From Nitrospirales bacterium (GTDB lineage: Bacteria; Nitrospirota; Nitrospiria; Nitrospirales; UBA8639), in the NCBI GenBank assembly GCA_965223295.1, contig CBDCWC010000003.1, positions 640,001 to 704,000 of the forward strand: a DNA stretch of 64,000 nt, in the 5' to 3' direction. A program made the position numbers and the translations under genes. Every line of letters begins with the position of its first letter. Within the stretch, counting starts at the first letter, position 1. Under the pieces are notes generated by a model. The model searched no databases. It worked only from the letters and a program-made list of their open reading frames with translations, and was not told the origin of the DNA. Shown here in pieces: positions 61,401 to 64,000 of this stretch.

Positions 61401-61928
61401 CGCATTGTCGATCCCGATACCTATGAACGTCTGCCCGTTGGGCAATCAGGAATGCTTTTGGTGAAAGGGCCAAACGTGATGGAGGGCTACCTTGGTCGGG
61501 AAGATCTCACAGCCAAAGCCATGAAGGATGGGTGGTACATTACAGGAGACATTGCCAAATTAGATGAAGACGGATTTTTGACGATTACTGATCGACTCTC
61601 ACGATTCTCGAAGATCGGTGGAGAAATGGTCCCACATGGACGCGTGGAAGAGGCTCTACACCAGGCCATTCGGGCCGAAAGCATGATGTTAGCTGTGACA
61701 GCCATTCCTGATGAGCGTAAAGGGGAACAACTTGTGGTCTTGCATACTTTGGAAGAATCAGCTATCCCTGAACTACTCAATACGGTGGCAGAGAGCGGCC
61801 TTCCGAATCTATTTATTCCACGACGCGATAACTTTATCAAAGTTGAACAGTTGCCGATTTTAGGAACGGGCAAGTTAGATTTACGTTCTCTCAAACGTCT
61901 TGCTCTTGAACATAAAGCACAATCCTAA
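58479..61928 (+). CDS. aas: MFS (LplT-like)-acyltransferase-acyl-ACP synthetase fusion
   Basis: AQFFGAFNDN MFS start; NHVSFID and FPEG (PlsC); FSSGSTGEPKG and EGYGVTE (adenylation). Confidence 0.92.
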   Translation: MTDSSAQTSPSSTPSGAIRGLLIAQFFGAFNDNAWKLMVALLAIKQVAATTDISGPAFEMASQTQTTQAFVIFTLPLMVVSAFAGMFSDRFSKRTVIVMMKALEVLLMVAGTTALFFNPEGGMWPLWVLAGMGAQSALFSPSKYGILPELLPHQRLSWGNGQLELWTFVAIIAGTALAGPLLELSGSTPWVAGTVLILFSGLGLGASFFIPAVPRARPDGGIRETWQVAWEAFRSDRVLALGILGSIAFWTLASLVGQDALVYAKAVLHLSDTYSGFPLAAFGVGVGIGSLLAGKLSATKVELGYLPLGGIGITLSLVALGLWRPQLGGTLLCMSFLGLSSGFVVVPLNALIQWRAPADRRGAVIAFSNTLVFGGVLLGSLGSGALANVGLSASAIFLVSACGSVSLTIWAMYQLPETFIRLLLVLFTHTLYRLTIIGREQIPQEGGALLVPNHVSFIDGFFLLATTDRPIRFLVDQIYYDHRFLNPFAKIMGAIPISSNGTPREILHGLREAGRRLDDGELVCIFPEGQITRTGNLLPFRAGFTRIVKGRDIPIVPIHLDRVWGSIFSFIGGKFLAKWPSRIPYPITMSIGHSLPSTTSADELRQTIQELGEAAWRIRETDRRPIHHGFVRSMRTHPFRFVFADSTRPHVSCFEALTGVIALARALRESWEGQHTVGILLPPSVGGALANIAATLSGRTTVNINYTAGIAGMESAARQAGLTTILTSRVFLEKAKLELPSNLTPIWIEDVRKTIDAQDKFLAMFLALCAPVRLLERSCGAITRPSITDLATIIFSSGSTGEPKGVMLSHFNLDSNVEGVAQLLHIDQHDRVLGILPFFHSFGYLATLWFPTIHGAGVIFHPSPLDAGGIGELIDHHKATVLLATPTFLQLYVRRCSPEQFGSLRIVLTGAEKLSDRLLVAFEERFGIRPIEGYGVTECAPVISVNCPDFRAAGFFQPASRRGTVGQPLPGVSLRIVDPDTYERLPVGQSGMLLVKGPNVMEGYLGREDLTAKAMKDGWYITGDIAKLDEDGFLTITDRLSRFSKIGGEMVPHGRVEEALHQAIRAESMMLAVTAIPDERKGEQLVVLHTLEESAIPELLNTVAESGLPNLFIPRRDNFIKVEQLPILGTGKLDLRSLKRLALEHKAQS

Positions 61929-61983
61929 TTATCTTCATAAGTGACTTTCGCTGTTCCTTCGAAAAACCACTTTTTTAATAAAC

Positions 61984-62976
61984 ATGGTTAAGACTAATAC
62001 ACCTAGCGAACCTTTAATAGATTGTCATGTACATTTGGCCGCGCTCCCTGAGGGCAACAATGGATGCCTGATTTCCTCCAGAATGTTGAAAAGCCCTCTT
62101 TTTCGCTTTTTATTATGGAAACATCAACTTTCACCCAACAACCCCGCTGCGGCAAATAGGAAATACCTCAATGATTTACGGACGGAGTTACGAGCGTCAC
62201 GACATGTTCAACAGGCAGTTCTACTGGGGATGGACGGGGTCTACACCAATGAAGGGCGCATCGACCTTCAAGCCACAGAATTCCTCATTAGCAATGACTA
62301 TGTACTACAGCAAGCCAAAGACTATCCCAATGAATTTTTAGCAGGAGTGTCGATTAACCCCCAACGGATTGACGCCATTGAAGAACTCCATCGCTGTGCG
62401 GAAGCCGGCGCCACGCTCGTGAAAGTCTTGCCAAATTCCCAGCAATTTGATCCATCGCAAGCTCGTTACAAAAAATTCTACCAAGAACTGTCCAAACTCG
62501 GACTTCCATTACTCAGTCATGTCGGCTATGAATTCAGCCTCATCGGCAAAGATCAATCAGTGGGCGACCCAAACCGCCTTCGCACCGCGCTAGATGAGGG
62601 AGCCACCGTCATTGCAGCCCATGCCTGCAGTTATGGCTTAATGATCTATGAAAAATTTCTTCCCACTCTTTTGCAATTTGTTCAACGCTATCCTCATTTC
62701 TATGCTGATATTTCAGCCCTCACGCTCCCCAATAGATTGGGAATGTTGTTAAAACTCCGACATCATCAAGAGGTGTTTGATCGGTTGATTTTTGGTACCG
62801 ATTATCCTCTCTCAGTTTTTCATCTCCCCACGTGGGGCGTCACAACATTTTCGACCCTTCGACATATCATGCGTACGACGAATAGATTCGACCGGCAATT
62901 CCTCGTCTGTCAGAATTTGGGACTCGGCTTTACCTCCCTTCAAACCATCCTTCGTTCAACACAACCCAATCTGTAA
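61984..62976 (+). CDS. Amidohydrolase_2-family metallohydrolase
   Basis: IDCHVH, LLSHVG, IAAHAC, YADISAL and FGTDYP motifs. Confidence 0.88.
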   Translation: MVKTNTPSEPLIDCHVHLAALPEGNNGCLISSRMLKSPLFRFLLWKHQLSPNNPAAANRKYLNDLRTELRASRHVQQAVLLGMDGVYTNEGRIDLQATEFLISNDYVLQQAKDYPNEFLAGVSINPQRIDAIEELHRCAEAGATLVKVLPNSQQFDPSQARYKKFYQELSKLGLPLLSHVGYEFSLIGKDQSVGDPNRLRTALDEGATVIAAHACSYGLMIYEKFLPTLLQFVQRYPHFYADISALTLPNRLGMLLKLRHHQEVFDRLIFGTDYPLSVFHLPTWGVTTFSTLRHIMRTTNRFDRQFLVCQNLGLGFTSLQTILRSTQPNL

Positions 62977-63177
62977 TGCCCAGGACTACGCTCCGGGCTT
63001 TTTGCCATACCGTTCAGCTCTATTTGCGTTCATTTCTTTAAGTTTACAGGGTAATCACCCGAAAAAATTCTTACCCCAGGCATGTAATCTGAGCCAACAA
63101 ATTTCTGTCTGCTGGGGTAAAGCAAACTTGAGAATCCAAAGTTTTCTCTGAAAGGTAAAAAAGGAGTTAGTAATCCT

Positions 63178-63564
63178 ATGAGCCGAATTCTCATTACGGA
63201 CGATTCATCAGCCCAACGGATAATCGTCTCTGGCATCGCCCAGAATATGGGACATGAAGTCGAAATTGCGACCAATGGCCAAGAGGCTCTGGAAAAAATA
63301 CAAGCCAACCCACCTGATTGCTTACTCTTGGATCTGCTCATGCCCATCATGGATGGGATTGGACTACTTGAAACCTTGGAAAGCAAAGGTATCAAAATCC
63401 CGATCATCGTGCTCACCGCCGATGTTCAAGTCGGTCTAAAAGAACAATGTCTCGAATTCGGGGTGACCACATTCATGAATAAGCCCATTAAAAAAGACAA
63501 ATTACAAGAAGCCTTAGAGGCGATTCTCTCTTCACCACAGCCCATAGGGGCGCCATGTACCTAA
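63178..63564 (+). CDS. CheY-like single-domain response regulator
   Basis: ILITDDS, LLLDLLMP.MDG, VLTAD and NKP motifs. Confidence 0.92.
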   Translation: MSRILITDDSSAQRIIVSGIAQNMGHEVEIATNGQEALEKIQANPPDCLLLDLLMPIMDGIGLLETLESKGIKIPIIVLTADVQVGLKEQCLEFGVTTFMNKPIKKDKLQEALEAILSSPQPIGAPCT

Positions 63565-64000
63565 CCCCTCAACAGCTCGATGCCTTACAGGAACTCATGA
63601 ACATCGGCATAGGCCGAGCAGCTGGCTCATTGAATCAACTGTTTGACAAACCTGTCCGAGTAAATATTCCCAGCATTCGTTTGGGGAAGGCCCAAGATTG
63701 CGTCCAGGACCCTCTTAGCCCAGATCCATCAGCCTATTCATCAGTGGGACTGCCGTTTCACGGAAGGTTTTCTGGGTCAGCTTCCCTTCTCTTTCCTCGG
63801 GACAGTGCCGCGAGTTTAGTCTCTTTAGTCATTGGAGAGGCTCAAAACTTTGGCACCATGGACACGCTCCGGGAAGCCACGTTGACAGAAATTGGTAATA
63901 TTGTACTGAATGGGGTTATGGGTTCCTTTGCCAACGTTCTCCAAGAAAAGATCACGTATGACGTCCCGTGTTACCAACAAACCTCCGATCCAGAGTTATT
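63555..64000 (+). CDS. cheC: CheC-family phosphatase (partial; runs off the window)
   Basis: Manual translation MYLTPQQLDALQELMNIGIGRAAGSLNQL...EATLTEIGNIVLNG, with two ExxN motifs; not in ORF track. Confidence 0.85.
   Translation, partial: MYLTPQQLDALQELMNIGIGRAAGSLNQLFDKPVRVNIPSIRLGKAQDCVQDPLSPDPSAYSSVGLPFHGRFSGSASLLFPRDSAASLVSLVIGEAQNFGTMDTLREATLTEIGNIVLNGVMGSFANVLQEKITYDVPCYQQTSDPEL

Noticed and set aside
906-63439. Numerous antisense or nested ORFs of 60-170 aa in the ORF track
   Set aside because: Shadow frames of well-supported genes, with no motifs or RBS support

Overview
Bacterial chromosome segment made mostly of housekeeping genes. Gene content and order suggest Nitrospirota/Nitrospirales (inference; no search run). 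From left to right: the left end of an IS481-family element cut by the window edge; a GT2/LAB_N/ArnT lipid-modification trio; tRNA-Pro-merR-ihfA; an aspartate-family operon (aminotransferase-hom-thrC-ApgM-like-lysC-cimA); pdxJ-nnr-tsaE-mutS; two secreted orphan proteins; rimP-nusA-infB-DUF503-rbfA-truB-rpsO-pnp-M16; a FlhG-like ATPase; a SWIM protein; tRNA-Lys, purA, tRNA-Ala; an ABC-F; a vapBC-type islet; asnS; slt-zapB-zapA-6S RNA-rny-ymdB-xseAB-tlyA; a cluster of soluble kinases and receivers with an HDOD gene; aas; an amidohydrolase; and cheY-cheC. The most notable unexplained signals are: (1) a ~190-bp MITE family (5 copies, 5-bp target duplications) carrying nested smaller palindromic repeats and a covarying hairpin core shared with a second MITE, with one copy having replaced the nnr stop codon; (2) two distantly paralogous secreted proteins behind a promoter resembling a tRNA promoter; (3) an ApgM-like gene in the thr operon that has lost its catalytic residues; (4) a membrane-free phosphorelay containing pseudo-receiver and pseudo-kinase paralogs.
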